This document shows positions 47,654 through 58,037 of a DNA stretch of 64,000 nucleotides, one piece after another; the first letter of the stretch is position 1, and each line of letters starts with the position of its first letter. This stretch comes from Alkalispirochaeta sp. GTDB taxonomy: Bacteria > Spirochaetota > Spirochaetia > DSM-27196 > Alkalispirochaetaceae. The stretch spans positions 2,432,001 to 2,496,000 of the forward strand of contig OZ271854.1 in assembly GCA_965601925.1 (NCBI GenBank). Direction: 5' to 3'. The translations under genes and the position numbers were made by a program. The notes beneath the pieces were generated by a model that was not told the DNA's origin, made no database searches, and saw only the letters and a list, made by a program, of their open reading frames with translations.

Positions 47654-50020
47654 ATGAAAAACCAATTCGCGGAAGACAATAAGAAACTCGAGTACGACGG
47701 ATCGGGTCAGGAAGCGAACCGGAACGGGACGACGGATGCGTCGCCCGCGGCGAGTAGTGAGTCGCAGACCCATACCGGCGATCGTTCCGACGAGGGTTCG
47801 ACCGGCACATGGGAAGCTACTCTGGTAGAGATCGACGACCTCATGGTTCTGAATACCTTCCTGCAGGAGTGTACGGATCATCTCGAGAACATCGAGGAAA
47901 AGATCATCCGTCTCGAGCAGAAGAACGATACCGAGTTGGTCGATGAGATCTTCCGCTCCATGCACACGATCAAAGGCACGTCCGGATTCTTCGGCTTCCA
48001 ATCGATCATGCAGTTGAGTCATGGATTGGAGACGATCCTCACCGACCTACGAAACGACTCCCGGACGATGTCGCCGACGCTCGGCGATCTGCTCTTGGAG
48101 GGGTCCGATCACATCCGGAAGATGATAGACGACATCAGATCGGCCGTTACCGGGCGAGATCAAGACGACCTTCCCTTTTCCATTCCCGAGGCTACCAAGG
48201 ACATCTCGGCACTGCTTGAGAAGGTAACATCGTCCGGTTCTGAAGAGCTGGCCGCCTCAGATCGCGATTCCGACGCGAATCGCGTCGTGGTCGAGCTCAC
48301 ATCCGAGGAGATGAGCGAGAGCTTTCAATCCGAGACGCTTGATCTCCTGGCGCAGGTCGAGGCGCAGTTGTTGGAGCTGGAGAAGGGCCCGAACGACCGT
48401 AACATCGTCGACCGGATATTCCGCCATGTACACACGATAAAGGGAAACGCCGGGTTCCTCGGTTTCGATGCGATCGAGCGCGTCTGTGCGAATCTCGAAG
48501 ATGTGTTGGACAGTCTCCGAAATGATTCTCGTGCCGCGAGTCAAAAGATCATCACCGGTTTGCTGCGTACCGTAGACGCATTGCGCCACTCGGTAACCGG
48601 CATCGCCGCGCAGGACGACGACGCTCCCGGAGACGGTTGTCAGTTCTCATTGGAGGACCAGTGTAAACCTCTCGGAGAGATTCTTGTCGAACTCGGGCTC
48701 GTGGCGGAGGAGGCGGTCGACGAAGCGCTGGACGAGCAAAAACGTCGGCTGGGCGAGATTCTCGTATCGAAAGGGTGCCTCTCGGAAGAGGGCCTTGGTC
48801 GCGCGCTCGAACAACAGCAGAAACCCGGCGGTACCGACCGGTTGGTCTCCAGCCGGAAAGACGTGCGGGTGAATGTGGAGAAGCTGGATCGCTTGTTCGA
48901 TCTGATGGGGGAGTTGATTACCGCTCAGGCGATGGTCGTCCAGAATCCCGATCTTGAAGGGCTCGATCTGCAACGCTTCAGCAGTGCGGCGAACTACATG
49001 GGCAAAATCACTCGGCAAATGCAAGAGATCACGATGTCCGTTCGTATGATCCCGTTGGAGGGAATGTTCAACAAGGTGCGCCGCGTCGTACGCGATTTGT
49101 CGCGCCGCATAGAACGGCCCATCACGCTGACCGATTCGGGTGGCGATACCGAGATGGATCGTAACGTTATCGAAGCGCTGTCGGATCCGTTGGTGCATAT
49201 CATCCGCAACGCCGTGGACCACGGGATCGAGCCGCCTGAGGGACGGAAGGCCGCCGGTAAAGCGGCTGAAGGACATATCGACCTTAGTGCGCGTTACGAG
49301 GGAAGCGAGATTTGGATAAGTGTGCGCGACGATGGACGCGGTCTCGACCGGGACAAGATCGTCGCACGCGCCGTAGAAAAGGGGTTGGCTACCGACTCGG
49401 AGGCGCAATCGCTGTCCGACTCCGCGGTGTGGCAGTTCATCTTCCACCCCGGTTTCTCCACGGCTGAGCAAGTATCGGACGTTTCCGGACGCGGTGTCGG
49501 TATGGACGTCGTGAGACGAAACATTGAGCAGCTGCGAGGCAAGATCGATGTGCTGACGACACCGGGAACCGGTACCGAGATCGTTCTTAAGATACCGCTG
49601 ACGTTGGCAATCATAGACGGCGTAATCACGAGGGTCGGCAATATCCTCTACGCGATTCCGCTCATCGATATACGCGAGTTCCATCAAGTGCTCCCCGGTC
49701 AAATCGTCGCCTCCACGTCTGCGGGAGAGGTGCTCCGTTTGAGGGAAAACGTTATTCCGATCGTACGACTCAGGGAGTTCTTTAAACGTTTGCAGGTAGA
49801 GGATCACCAGGGAAAGAGTGTTTTTGTCGTCGTACAGTCCGGTATCGAGCGGGCGGCGCTTTTGGTGGACGAGATCGTGGGGTACCACCAAATCGTCGTG
49901 AAGTCTCTCCCCGAGTACATGGGACACATGAACGGTTTGAGCGGTTGCAGTGTCCTGGGCAACGGAGACGTGAGTCTCATCATCGACACGAACGCGATAG
50001 TGAAGGGACGAGCGGCGTAG
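47654..50020 (+). CDS. cheA: chemotaxis histidine kinase CheA with two Hpt domains and an MshEN-like insert
   Basis: IFRSMHTIKG and IFRHVHTIKG; RV.VEKLD.L.DLMGEL; HIIRNAVDHGIE, DDGRG, GFSTA, SGRGVGMDVV; CheW-like P5. True start may be further downstream (e.g. 47843). Confidence 0.95.
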   Translation: MKNQFAEDNKKLEYDGSGQEANRNGTTDASPAASSESQTHTGDRSDEGSTGTWEATLVEIDDLMVLNTFLQECTDHLENIEEKIIRLEQKNDTELVDEIFRSMHTIKGTSGFFGFQSIMQLSHGLETILTDLRNDSRTMSPTLGDLLLEGSDHIRKMIDDIRSAVTGRDQDDLPFSIPEATKDISALLEKVTSSGSEELAASDRDSDANRVVVELTSEEMSESFQSETLDLLAQVEAQLLELEKGPNDRNIVDRIFRHVHTIKGNAGFLGFDAIERVCANLEDVLDSLRNDSRAASQKIITGLLRTVDALRHSVTGIAAQDDDAPGDGCQFSLEDQCKPLGEILVELGLVAEEAVDEALDEQKRRLGEILVSKGCLSEEGLGRALEQQQKPGGTDRLVSSRKDVRVNVEKLDRLFDLMGELITAQAMVVQNPDLEGLDLQRFSSAANYMGKITRQMQEITMSVRMIPLEGMFNKVRRVVRDLSRRIERPITLTDSGGDTEMDRNVIEALSDPLVHIIRNAVDHGIEPPEGRKAAGKAAEGHIDLSARYEGSEIWISVRDDGRGLDRDKIVARAVEKGLATDSEAQSLSDSAVWQFIFHPGFSTAEQVSDVSGRGVGMDVVRRNIEQLRGKIDVLTTPGTGTEIVLKIPLTLAIIDGVITRVGNILYAIPLIDIREFHQVLPGQIVASTSAGEVLRLRENVIPIVRLREFFKRLQVEDHQGKSVFVVVQSGIERAALLVDEIVGYHQIVVKSLPEYMGHMNGLSGCSVLGNGDVSLIIDTNAIVKGRAA

Positions 50021-50065
50021 CCGGTCGTGGATAGCAGAAGCGATACGAAAAAGAGGAGCGAGCGG

Positions 50066-50587
50066 ATGGCCAATACGATGCAAGAGAACGATTTCGTCGA
50101 CGAGCTGTGGGCGGAAGATGATGAGGATACGAAGGCCGGGGCGTCCAAGTATCTCTTGTTTTATCTCGGCGACGAGTTGTACGGCGTGAACATCATCAAT
50201 GTGACCGAGATTATCGAAATGCAACGCATTACGCCGGTTCCCGACATGCCGAACTACATCAGAGGGGTGATCAATCTCCGCGGGAAGGTCATTCCCGTGA
50301 TGGATTTGCGCCTGCGATTTCGCATGTCGGAGCGAGAGTACGACGACCGTACCTGCATCGTGGTAACCAGCATCGACAAATCGTCCCTCGGACTCATCGT
50401 CGACACCGTCGCCGAAGTCCACGATATCCATCCCGACAACGTGGAACACGCGTCGAGGATGCCGTCGTCGGAGGGCGAACAGTACGTAGAGGGTATCGGA
50501 AAGCTGGACGATCGAGTTTCGGTGTTAATCGACGCGCGCAAAATCCTCCGCGGAGAGGCGTTGCAGGCCGTCCAGGACCAGCTCTGA
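50066..50587 (+). CDS. cheW: chemotaxis adaptor CheW
   Basis: YLLFYL..ELYG, ITPVP..P.YIRGVINLRG.VIPV.DLR and GLIVD.V.EV. Confidence 0.95.
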   Translation: MANTMQENDFVDELWAEDDEDTKAGASKYLLFYLGDELYGVNIINVTEIIEMQRITPVPDMPNYIRGVINLRGKVIPVMDLRLRFRMSEREYDDRTCIVVTSIDKSSLGLIVDTVAEVHDIHPDNVEHASRMPSSEGEQYVEGIGKLDDRVSVLIDARKILRGEALQAVQDQL

Positions 50588-50625
50588 AGAGTCGAATATG
50601 GCGAAAGGTAAAAAGGCGGACGATA

Positions 50626-51558
50626 ATGACGGCAGCGCGCTCTGATCTCGTGGCGACAAACGGACTCCTTACCATCTCGCATGGAGAGTTCGCACGCGTG
50701 CGCGAGCTTATCTACCGACGGTTCGGTATCCACCTGTCGGAACAAAAGAAGACGCTCGTCCAGGGGCGGCTCAACAAACACTTACGGTCCAAGGGCTATC
50801 GGGCGTTTGGAGACTATCTGGACGACCTCGAGCGCGACGGCTCCGTGGAACGCCTCCTTTCGCTGGTGGATTGCATCTCGACAAACCACTCGTTCTTCTT
50901 TCGTGAGGCGGGTCACTTTCAATATCTTCAGGAGACGGTGTTCCCTCAGCTGCAGCGGGATGGGGTTGCGCCGACGGATCTCGCGATCTGGTGTGCGGGT
51001 GCCGCCGGCGGACAGGAACCCTACACCCTGGCGATGGTCCTCCGCGAGTACTTCGGCGACTCCGTCACGTGGCGTAGGCCGGCGATTTTGGCGACCGACA
51101 TCTCCGTGAGCGCCCTCGAGCAGGCCAAGGCGGCCACATATCCGGCGGAGGTCGTTAAGGCAACTCCGGTGCGGTATCGCAAATACTTCGTCAACGACGG
51201 GTCGGGCGGCGTCCGCGTGACCGACGACATACGCAGGATGATTTTGTTCAAGCGGCTCAATCTCATCCAGCCGCGCTTCCCCTTCAAAGGAAAGTTCCAC
51301 GTCGTCTTCTGTCGCAACGTGATGATCTATTTCGACACTCCGACGAAGATGGAACTTGCGGCTCGGTTCAGTCGGTACACGACCCCGAACGGTTATCTGA
51401 TCATCGGCCACTCCGAAAGCCTCGGCCGAGAGCCTGCGGGATATCGATACGTTCAACCCACGGTATACCGACGATACCGCGAGGGCGATGGAAGCTTGTC
51501 GGGAACCAAGGACCGCGCCGTAGGCGCGAAGCATACAGAGAACGAACACGCGAGGTAA
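50626..51558 (+). CDS. cheR: chemoreceptor methyltransferase CheR
   Basis: STNHS.FFRE..HF, IWCAG...GQEPY, ATDIS, FCRNVMIYFD and GHSES. Confidence 0.95.
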   Translation: MTAARSDLVATNGLLTISHGEFARVRELIYRRFGIHLSEQKKTLVQGRLNKHLRSKGYRAFGDYLDDLERDGSVERLLSLVDCISTNHSFFFREAGHFQYLQETVFPQLQRDGVAPTDLAIWCAGAAGGQEPYTLAMVLREYFGDSVTWRRPAILATDISVSALEQAKAATYPAEVVKATPVRYRKYFVNDGSGGVRVTDDIRRMILFKRLNLIQPRFPFKGKFHVVFCRNVMIYFDTPTKMELAARFSRYTTPNGYLIIGHSESLGREPAGYRYVQPTVYRRYREGDGSLSGTKDRAVGAKHTENEHAR

Positions 51559-51674
51559 GGAGAGCGATATATGGCGGGAAGCAAACAAGCGCCCCGACCG
51601 GGGGCAGGCGCGAGACGATACCGTCCCGCTCCGCACGTACGTAACTCGAACATCACCATAAAAGGAGTCATGAT

Positions 51675-53783
51675 ATGGCACGGCAAATGAAAATGAGTAC
51701 AAAGATAACGGGAGGATTTCTCCTGGTATTGGCCCTTCTGCTCGTCGTCGGCACCCTCGCCGGTGTCTTCTTGACGCGAGCCTCGTCCGACTTCGTCCAG
51801 TATCGCGAGTGGTCGCAGGAGTCGATGCTCATGGCGAATACGCTGGAGCACATGTTGATGGTGCGTACCTCCGTGAGGAACTTCATCAACTCAGGCGCGC
51901 AACGCGACATCGACGCGGTTGAGGCGGGGCTCACCGAGGTAGACAGCTACATCCTCCGGGCCCAAGAGATGATTCACTCGGGGGAGCGTGCCGAGATGGT
52001 CGCCGAACTCCACGAGGATATCGAGTCGTATCGCGCGGCATTTCACGAAATCGTCGGGCATCGCCAGAGCAGAGACGTGCTGGTGGAACGGTTGAACGTC
52101 TTGGGACCGGAGATCGGTGATGAAATGTCGGACATTCTCGTCTCGGCGCGCGACGAGAACGACCTCGACACCGTCTACATCGCGAGTCTCGCGACGCGCG
52201 ACCTCCTCTTTGCACGATTGTACGTCGTCAAGTTTTTTGAGGACGGGTTGGAAAGTAACGTCGAGCGCGTTCGCGACTATTTCGGAAGCATGAACGGCCA
52301 CATCGATAACTTGAATGCGCGATTGACCAACGCCGGGACGCGCGCTCGACTCAATAGGATCGTAGCGGACATTGACGAGTACATCGTCGACTTCGACCAG
52401 ATCGTTAACCATACCCTTGCAAACACCGAGATTATCGATACTCAGCTCGACGTCATCGGACCGCACGTCGCGGAGTTGGCCTCGACGGTGGTGCAGGCCA
52501 TCCAGACGGATCAAGGGGTGCTGGGAGACCAGCTGCAACGCAACAACCAGACCGCAGTCGTACTGGCGATCATTATCTCCGCGGCGGCCCTGGGAATCGG
52601 TATCTTTTTCTCCATATTCATTACGCGCAGCATCTTGGGGCAGTTGGGCGCCGATCCGGCGGTCATCGAAGATATCACCGAGCGTGTAGCCCGCGGCGAG
52701 CTCGACGTCAAGATCGACGAAGATCGGCTGCAAGGCGTCTATCTCTCGGTGGGAGAAATGGTTCGATCGCTGAACGACGTACTCGGTCAGGTGAACGAGT
52801 CGGTGACGCAGCTCACCGCCGGCGCGGCCCAGGTGGCAGACTCCAGCCAGTCGCTATCCCAGGGCGCTACCGAGCAGGCGAGCTCCCTCGAAGAGATATC
52901 CGCGTCGCTCAACGAGGTAAATAGCCAATCGACGCAAAATGCCGAGACGGCCTCGGAGGCGAACGCCGTCGCCAAGACCGCATTCCAGAACGCCGACAGC
53001 GGCAACCGACAGATGAAACAATTGGTCGAATCGATGACGCTCATCAACGAGAGCTCCGAGCAGATCACCAAAGTGGTGAAGGTCATCGACGACATCGCCT
53101 TCCAGATCAACCTCCTGGCACTCAACGCCAACGTCGAGGCGGCGCGGGCCGGCAAGTACGGTAAGGGCTTTGCCGTGGTCGCCGAAGAGGTGCGCAACCT
53201 CGCCGCGCGCAGCGCCGAAGCGGCCAAGGAGACCGCCACGATGGTGGAGGAGACGACCAAGAACATCGAGGAGGGCAACAAGGCCGCCGAGTTGACCTCT
53301 ACCCAGTTGGAGGAGATCGTCGCCGGGGTCACCAAGGTCGCCGATTTCTTGGAAGAGATCGCCACGGCGAGTAAGGAGCAGGCCCAAGGGATCGAACAGA
53401 TCAATCAGGGGCTCGTGCAGATCGATCAGGTGACGCAGTCCAATACCGCCAGCGCGGAAGAGAGTGCCGCCGCCGCCGAGGAACTCGCGTCGCAGTCGCA
53501 GCAGGTGCGCCACCTCGTCGGGCGGTTCCGACTCGCCGGGAGACAGATTGCGGGACCGCCCGCGATGTTGACCGACGGGCGGCACGAACGTGTGGCCATC
53601 GGCACCGAGGCCGCGGGACTGGGAGCCGGCGTGGACGCCGGGCACTATGCCGAGCCCTACGGCGGATACCGCGACGATCGCGAAACCAGGGACCTTGTTG
53701 GAACCGCGACGACCGTAGAGCCGAACGGTCAACGTCCGAAGGATGTGATCCAGTTGGACGACGACGACTTCGGATCATTCTAA
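51675..53783 (+). CDS. methyl-accepting chemotaxis protein (2 TM, large helical periplasmic sensor, C-terminal pentapeptide)
   Basis: [35 protein letters not shown] hairpin tip; ends DDDDFGSF. Confidence 0.95.
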   Translation: MARQMKMSTKITGGFLLVLALLLVVGTLAGVFLTRASSDFVQYREWSQESMLMANTLEHMLMVRTSVRNFINSGAQRDIDAVEAGLTEVDSYILRAQEMIHSGERAEMVAELHEDIESYRAAFHEIVGHRQSRDVLVERLNVLGPEIGDEMSDILVSARDENDLDTVYIASLATRDLLFARLYVVKFFEDGLESNVERVRDYFGSMNGHIDNLNARLTNAGTRARLNRIVADIDEYIVDFDQIVNHTLANTEIIDTQLDVIGPHVAELASTVVQAIQTDQGVLGDQLQRNNQTAVVLAIIISAAALGIGIFFSIFITRSILGQLGADPAVIEDITERVARGELDVKIDEDRLQGVYLSVGEMVRSLNDVLGQVNESVTQLTAGAAQVADSSQSLSQGATEQASSLEEISASLNEVNSQSTQNAETASEANAVAKTAFQNADSGNRQMKQLVESMTLINESSEQITKVVKVIDDIAFQINLLALNANVEAARAGKYGKGFAVVAEEVRNLAARSAEAAKETATMVEETTKNIEEGNKAAELTSTQLEEIVAGVTKVADFLEEIATASKEQAQGIEQINQGLVQIDQVTQSNTASAEESAAAAEELASQSQQVRHLVGRFRLAGRQIAGPPAMLTDGRHERVAIGTEAAGLGAGVDAGHYAEPYGGYRDDRETRDLVGTATTVEPNGQRPKDVIQLDDDDFGSF

Positions 53784-53797
53784 TCGACGAATGAGCC

Positions 53798-53833
53798 GGC
53801 GGGCTCCTCACCCGAAGCGGTGAGGAGCCCGCC
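53798..53833 (+). other. perfect 15-bp hairpin after the MCP gene
   Basis: GGCGGGCTCCTCACC-CGAAGC-GGTGAGGAGCCCGCC; no U-tract. Confidence 0.65.
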
Positions 53834-54026
53834 CGGTTCCGGATACCGATTCGCGCGTGCCCAATACGTAGCGTGCCGACGCAAGAAGACGCGGTTCGGG
53901 AACGACGTAGTACGTATCATCGTGCCGTGGGGTAGCGCTCCTTCGGCGATTACATCGATGATCGTGAACGCAACGGCGCCGGCGGTCATGTGTTGACGCC
54001 GGTGTGTTAATGCTGGTGAGTCGAAT

Positions 54027-55070
54027 ATGGCAATAAGAGTACTCGTTGTAGACGATTCCGCACTTGTTCGAAGAATATTGCGCACCGAGCTCGATCGATA
54101 CGCGGATATCGAAGTAATCGCCGCCGTTCCCGACGTATATGTCGCGCGCGACCGCATTGTGCTCGACAAGCCCGATGTCGTGACTCTCGATATCGAGATG
54201 CCGCGTATGGATGGGGTCGAGTTTCTGCGGAGGCTGATGCCGCAGTATCCGTTGCCGGTGATTATCGTCTCCGCATTGGCGACCACGCACGCCGACCTCA
54301 CGTTTCAAGCCCTCGAGTACGGCGCCGTCGATTTCGTCACCAAGCCGTCGGCGCGCTTGGGCAGTGCGCTCAAGGATACCGTCGAGGAGTTGGTCGGGAA
54401 GATACGGGTCGCCGCGAAAGTCGACGTGGCGCACCATCGGAACCGCACCGACGGATACCGGCCGAAGCCGCGCATCGCCACCGCGCTTTCGCAAAGCACC
54501 GACAAGATCATTGCCATCGGAGCCTCCACCGGCGGCACCATCGCACTCGAGCATATCATTCGAGAGTTGCCGGCCGACACCCCGGGCATCGTCGTGACGC
54601 AGCACATGCCGCCGGTGTTTACGAAGCAGTTCTCCGAGCGACTCGATCGAGTCTCGGCGATGGAGGTCAAGGAGGCGGAGAGCGGCGATCGGGTCTTGCG
54701 CGGTCGGGTGTTGATAGCCCCCGGCGAACAACACCTCGAAGTCGTGCGATCGGGTGGTGTCTATCTCGCTCGATGTACCCAGGGTGAGAAGGTAAATAGA
54801 CATCGTCCCTCGGTGAGCGTCCTGTTTCGATCGATGGCAAAATACGTCGGGGCAAACGCAATCGGGGTCATGCTGACCGGTATGGGCGCCGACGGCGCCG
54901 ATGAGATGGTACTGATGCGAGAGGCCGGTGCGCGGACGCTCGCACAGGATGAGGCGACATCGGTGGTATTCGGCATGCCCAAAGAGGCGTATGAACGCGG
55001 TGGCGCGGAGCGGTTGGTTCCGCTTCCCGACATTGCCGGGGCGATCGTGGAGGCACAACGAGCACTATGA
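54027..55070 (+). CDS. cheB: chemotaxis methylesterase CheB
   Basis: REC domain plus GASTGG, QHMP, HRPSV, LTGMG.DGA and VVFGMP. Confidence 0.96.
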   Translation: MAIRVLVVDDSALVRRILRTELDRYADIEVIAAVPDVYVARDRIVLDKPDVVTLDIEMPRMDGVEFLRRLMPQYPLPVIIVSALATTHADLTFQALEYGAVDFVTKPSARLGSALKDTVEELVGKIRVAAKVDVAHHRNRTDGYRPKPRIATALSQSTDKIIAIGASTGGTIALEHIIRELPADTPGIVVTQHMPPVFTKQFSERLDRVSAMEVKEAESGDRVLRGRVLIAPGEQHLEVVRSGGVYLARCTQGEKVNRHRPSVSVLFRSMAKYVGANAIGVMLTGMGADGADEMVLMREAGARTLAQDEATSVVFGMPKEAYERGGAERLVPLPDIAGAIVEAQRAL

Positions 55071-55552
55071 GACGTATCGTAAATGTGGGTATCGGCGAGT
55101 ACGCCATAGCGAACGGGGCCGCAGACGAGATAAAAACGTATGGTCTCGGTTCGTGCATCGCCCTGATCGTCTACGATTGGCGACGCAAAATGGGCGCACT
55201 CATACATATCGCCTATCCCGAGGCGTCGGTGAACCCGACGCGGGCCCGGGACCAGCCGGCGTATTTTGCCGATACGGGAATACCTCTGCTTATGAACGAC
55301 TTTGTGTCGCGCAACAAACCGGACCGTCGCGATCTTACACTTAAGATTGCCGGTGGGGCGACCATTATGGACGAGGAGGGACGCTTTAACATCGGCAAAC
55401 GAAACGCCCTGGCGGTGAAGCGGCAGCTCTGGCGACTGGGCTACGGTCTGAAGAGCGAAGACATCGGGGGAAACATCAGCCGTACTATCTCACTGTCCGT
55501 GGGAACGGGAACGACCTTGATAAGCAACGGTGCGAAGCGGTGGGAGTTATGA
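55067..55552 (+). CDS. cheD: chemoreceptor glutamine deamidase CheD
   Basis: T.GLGSCI, L.H, FADTGIP, KIAGGA, NIGKRN and EDIGG..SRT. Confidence 0.93.
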   Translation: MRRIVNVGIGEYAIANGAADEIKTYGLGSCIALIVYDWRRKMGALIHIAYPEASVNPTRARDQPAYFADTGIPLLMNDFVSRNKPDRRDLTLKIAGGATIMDEEGRFNIGKRNALAVKRQLWRLGYGLKSEDIGGNISRTISLSVGTGTTLISNGAKRWEL

Positions 55553-55583
55553 CGTATTAGCTCGGAACCACGAGGAACAATTC

Positions 55584-55952
55584 ATGGACTATAATACGAT
55601 ATTGATAGTGGATGATTCGAAAACTTCGCGCCTCATCGTAAGACGGTGCCTGGAGATGGCCGGTTTTGCCGAATCCCGATTTTTAGAAGCGGGCGACGGT
55701 ACGATGGCGCTGGACGTGGTGTACGATGAGGGGGTGGATTTGATCGTTACCGATCTGAAAATGCCGCGTATGGACGGACGGACGCTGGTACGGCAACTCC
55801 GATCGCGTGCCGAAACGGCGGACATTCCGATCGTAGTCGTATCCAGTTTGGCCGGGGAGACCGACGAGGACCCGATCGTCGGCAAGAACATACTGGCTGC
55901 GATTCAAAAACCCGTATCACCGACGAAGTTCATGGAAGCCTTGGGAGTGTAG
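55584..55952 (+). CDS. cheY: CheY-like response regulator
   Basis: IVDDS, VTDLKMPRMDG, VSS and KP; directly upstream of cheX. Confidence 0.85.
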   Translation: MDYNTILIVDDSKTSRLIVRRCLEMAGFAESRFLEAGDGTMALDVVYDEGVDLIVTDLKMPRMDGRTLVRQLRSRAETADIPIVVVSSLAGETDEDPIVGKNILAAIQKPVSPTKFMEALGV

Positions 55953-55954
55953 CG

Positions 55955-56404
55955 ATGGAGATTGCACAGGCGGTCAATGAGGCCGTGGTAGAGACATTTT
56001 CCGAGATGGCGTTTATGGACGCCGAGCCGATACGCGACTTCGCAAGTGCTCCTCCGTTCGGGCAGATCGTTGGAGTCGAGTTTCTTCATCCTCTCCAAGG
56101 ACACTTGATTTTGCACCTTACGACGACCGCTAAGCAGATGGTGATAGAGAACATACACGGCCTCGATTGGCGTTCTTTGACTCGTCAAGAGGTTGACGAC
56201 TGTCTTATGGAACTCGTTAACATCATGGCGGGCAATTTCCTTCTCCGTATGGAGACGGGCGAGCGTCGGTACGCCTTGTCGCTCCCACAGGTCTGGTACG
56301 ACGAATCGGACATCATCGACTGTGGACCACTCGATGACTTCTGTTTTACGGTGAACGACGAAGCGGCGAAAGTGTCGCTCGCATTCGTGCCCGCAGAGGG
56401 CTAA
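55955..56404 (+). CDS. cheX: CheX-family phosphatase
   Basis: ETFSEMAF, DCLMELVNIMAG (E-x2-N) and LSLP. Confidence 0.82.
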   Translation: MEIAQAVNEAVVETFSEMAFMDAEPIRDFASAPPFGQIVGVEFLHPLQGHLILHLTTTAKQMVIENIHGLDWRSLTRQEVDDCLMELVNIMAGNFLLRMETGERRYALSLPQVWYDESDIIDCGPLDDFCFTVNDEAAKVSLAFVPAEG

Positions 56405-56407
56405 CGC

Positions 56408-57709
56408 ATGATACGTGTCGAGTCGAGCTTCAGACAGATCATCCTCATCGGCGGCACCGAATCCACCCGTAGTCATGTGCGAGGCGTGTTTTCACAGCTC
56501 GGCGTTCCGGTACTTACCGACGATACGTGGGATTTGGACGCGTATGATAGCGCTACGCACGTCTTTGACGTCGCCCTCGTCATGCGCAACCGACAAACCT
56601 CCTTCGCCTCGCTGGTTCGAGCACTCTTAAACGCCAATCCTCAAGTTGCCGTCGTGTGTATCGACGATCGTGTCGATCTTGAGAGGGCCTTGGACGCGAT
56701 GCGCGCCGGTGCACAGGATTACTTCACGAACGATATCGAAGATAGGGACCTCGTTTCCCGTGTTGAGCTGGCGGTACAGCGGCAACAGCTCTCTATGACC
56801 GCCGAGCGAACGGCCCGCGAAGAGCTGCGGTCATACGTCGCCAAGACGCAACTCGTGGACTGGAAGAGCATGTACGGCTCAAAAGACGTCACGCAAGCGG
56901 ATATCATGATCGAGTTATTGGCGCGAACTATGAATCAAGAGGGAGGCTTCATGTGGCTCGACCTCCTGCGCGACGGTCAGACCGAGATCGACGAGTCCAA
57001 TGTGTCGGTCCCGAAAGAGATTATGGAGCTGGCGTTGGTGAGCGCCGAAACGCAGAAAAAGGTGTTTGAAACCGTTGCATTTCTCTCGGAGATCGACAAG
57101 ATCCCGCTGGAGAGCGAATCATTTTCCGGGCCGATGTTGATTGAGCGTATTGCGCGAAACATCGACGAGAAGTTATTCGCGTTATGCCCCTCAAAACGGT
57201 TGAATTACTCCGTCACTCCGTACGGCGCACCGATTGCATACACCGTACGCATCGACTTCGGCCAACTATCCCGCATCCTCGATGAGTTGGTTATCAACGC
57301 CGTGAAGTTCACACCCGAAGGAGGCGCCGTTCGCGCCTTTTTCGACATCACCAACGAGCCGTATGCGGGAGAAGTGCTGACCCTCCATATCCAGAACTCG
57401 GCGCGACCGTTGAAGAAGTTCAGCGAAGGAGTGGAAAATGCGGTCGGAATTCCTTACGAACTCAGTGAACGAGTATTTGAGTTGTTCTATACCATAGACC
57501 CCTATCCTTCGTATCTCGACACCGAGGAGTGGCGCGACGGGACCGGGCTGTATATCGCACGCAAGTTAATGAAGCGTTTCGGCGGCTGGATCGAAGCGGC
57601 AAACGTACGTTTGCATACCCACGACGCCATCGAAACGATGGTGGACGTCCGAGTTCGCCTATCAATACAACAGGAGGATGCAGATGAGCCAGAAGGTTCT
57701 CATAGTTGA
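56408..57709 (+). CDS. pseudo-REC / HATPase protein lacking an H-box
   Basis: Degenerate receiver (AMRAGAQDY present, no DD or phospho-Asp); N-box ELVINAVKF, GIP...VFELFY and GTGLYIAR; no His in the DHp-equivalent region (LARTMNQEGGF). Confidence 0.78.
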   Translation: MIRVESSFRQIILIGGTESTRSHVRGVFSQLGVPVLTDDTWDLDAYDSATHVFDVALVMRNRQTSFASLVRALLNANPQVAVVCIDDRVDLERALDAMRAGAQDYFTNDIEDRDLVSRVELAVQRQQLSMTAERTAREELRSYVAKTQLVDWKSMYGSKDVTQADIMIELLARTMNQEGGFMWLDLLRDGQTEIDESNVSVPKEIMELALVSAETQKKVFETVAFLSEIDKIPLESESFSGPMLIERIARNIDEKLFALCPSKRLNYSVTPYGAPIAYTVRIDFGQLSRILDELVINAVKFTPEGGAVRAFFDITNEPYAGEVLTLHIQNSARPLKKFSEGVENAVGIPYELSERVFELFYTIDPYPSYLDTEEWRDGTGLYIARKLMKRFGGWIEAANVRLHTHDAIETMVDVRVRLSIQQEDADEPEGSHS

Positions 57710-58037
57710 CGACTCGGCGACCATGCGGCAGATGATTGCCATTATACTCAAAGGTGCGGGATACGAAACGCTGGCCGTTTCGGACGGAGCTGCCGCGATT
57801 GAAGCGTTCGACGATTCGATCGATCTGGTTGTAACGGATTACAACATGCCTAAGATGAACGGGGTGGAACTCGTCGAGGCGATTCGATCCGGCGGCGTCA
57901 ATAGCGACGTTGTGATTCTCATGGCAACGACCGAGTCCGAAGCCACGCAGTCTCAGGGTCTCGCCGTTAATAAGTGGCTGCAGAAACCGTTTGCGAAGCA
58001 GGCGCTGGTCGATGCGATAGAGGAGGTGCTCGGGTAA
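57684..58037 (+). CDS. cheY: CheY-like response regulator
   Basis: IVDDSATMR, VTDYNMP.MNG, ATTES and KPF; RBS AGGAGG. Confidence 0.88.
   Translation: MSQKVLIVDDSATMRQMIAIILKGAGYETLAVSDGAAAIEAFDDSIDLVVTDYNMPKMNGVELVEAIRSGGVNSDVVILMATTESEATQSQGLAVNKWLQKPFAKQALVDAIEEVLG

Noticed and set aside
48647..50449. 600-aa minus-strand ORF
   Set aside because: Antisense shadow of cheA/cheW.
53993..54013. internal sigma70 promoter before cheB
   Set aside because: TTGACG has no -10 element at 16-18 bp spacing.
53808..55058. 416-aa minus-strand ORF
   Set aside because: Antisense shadow of cheB.
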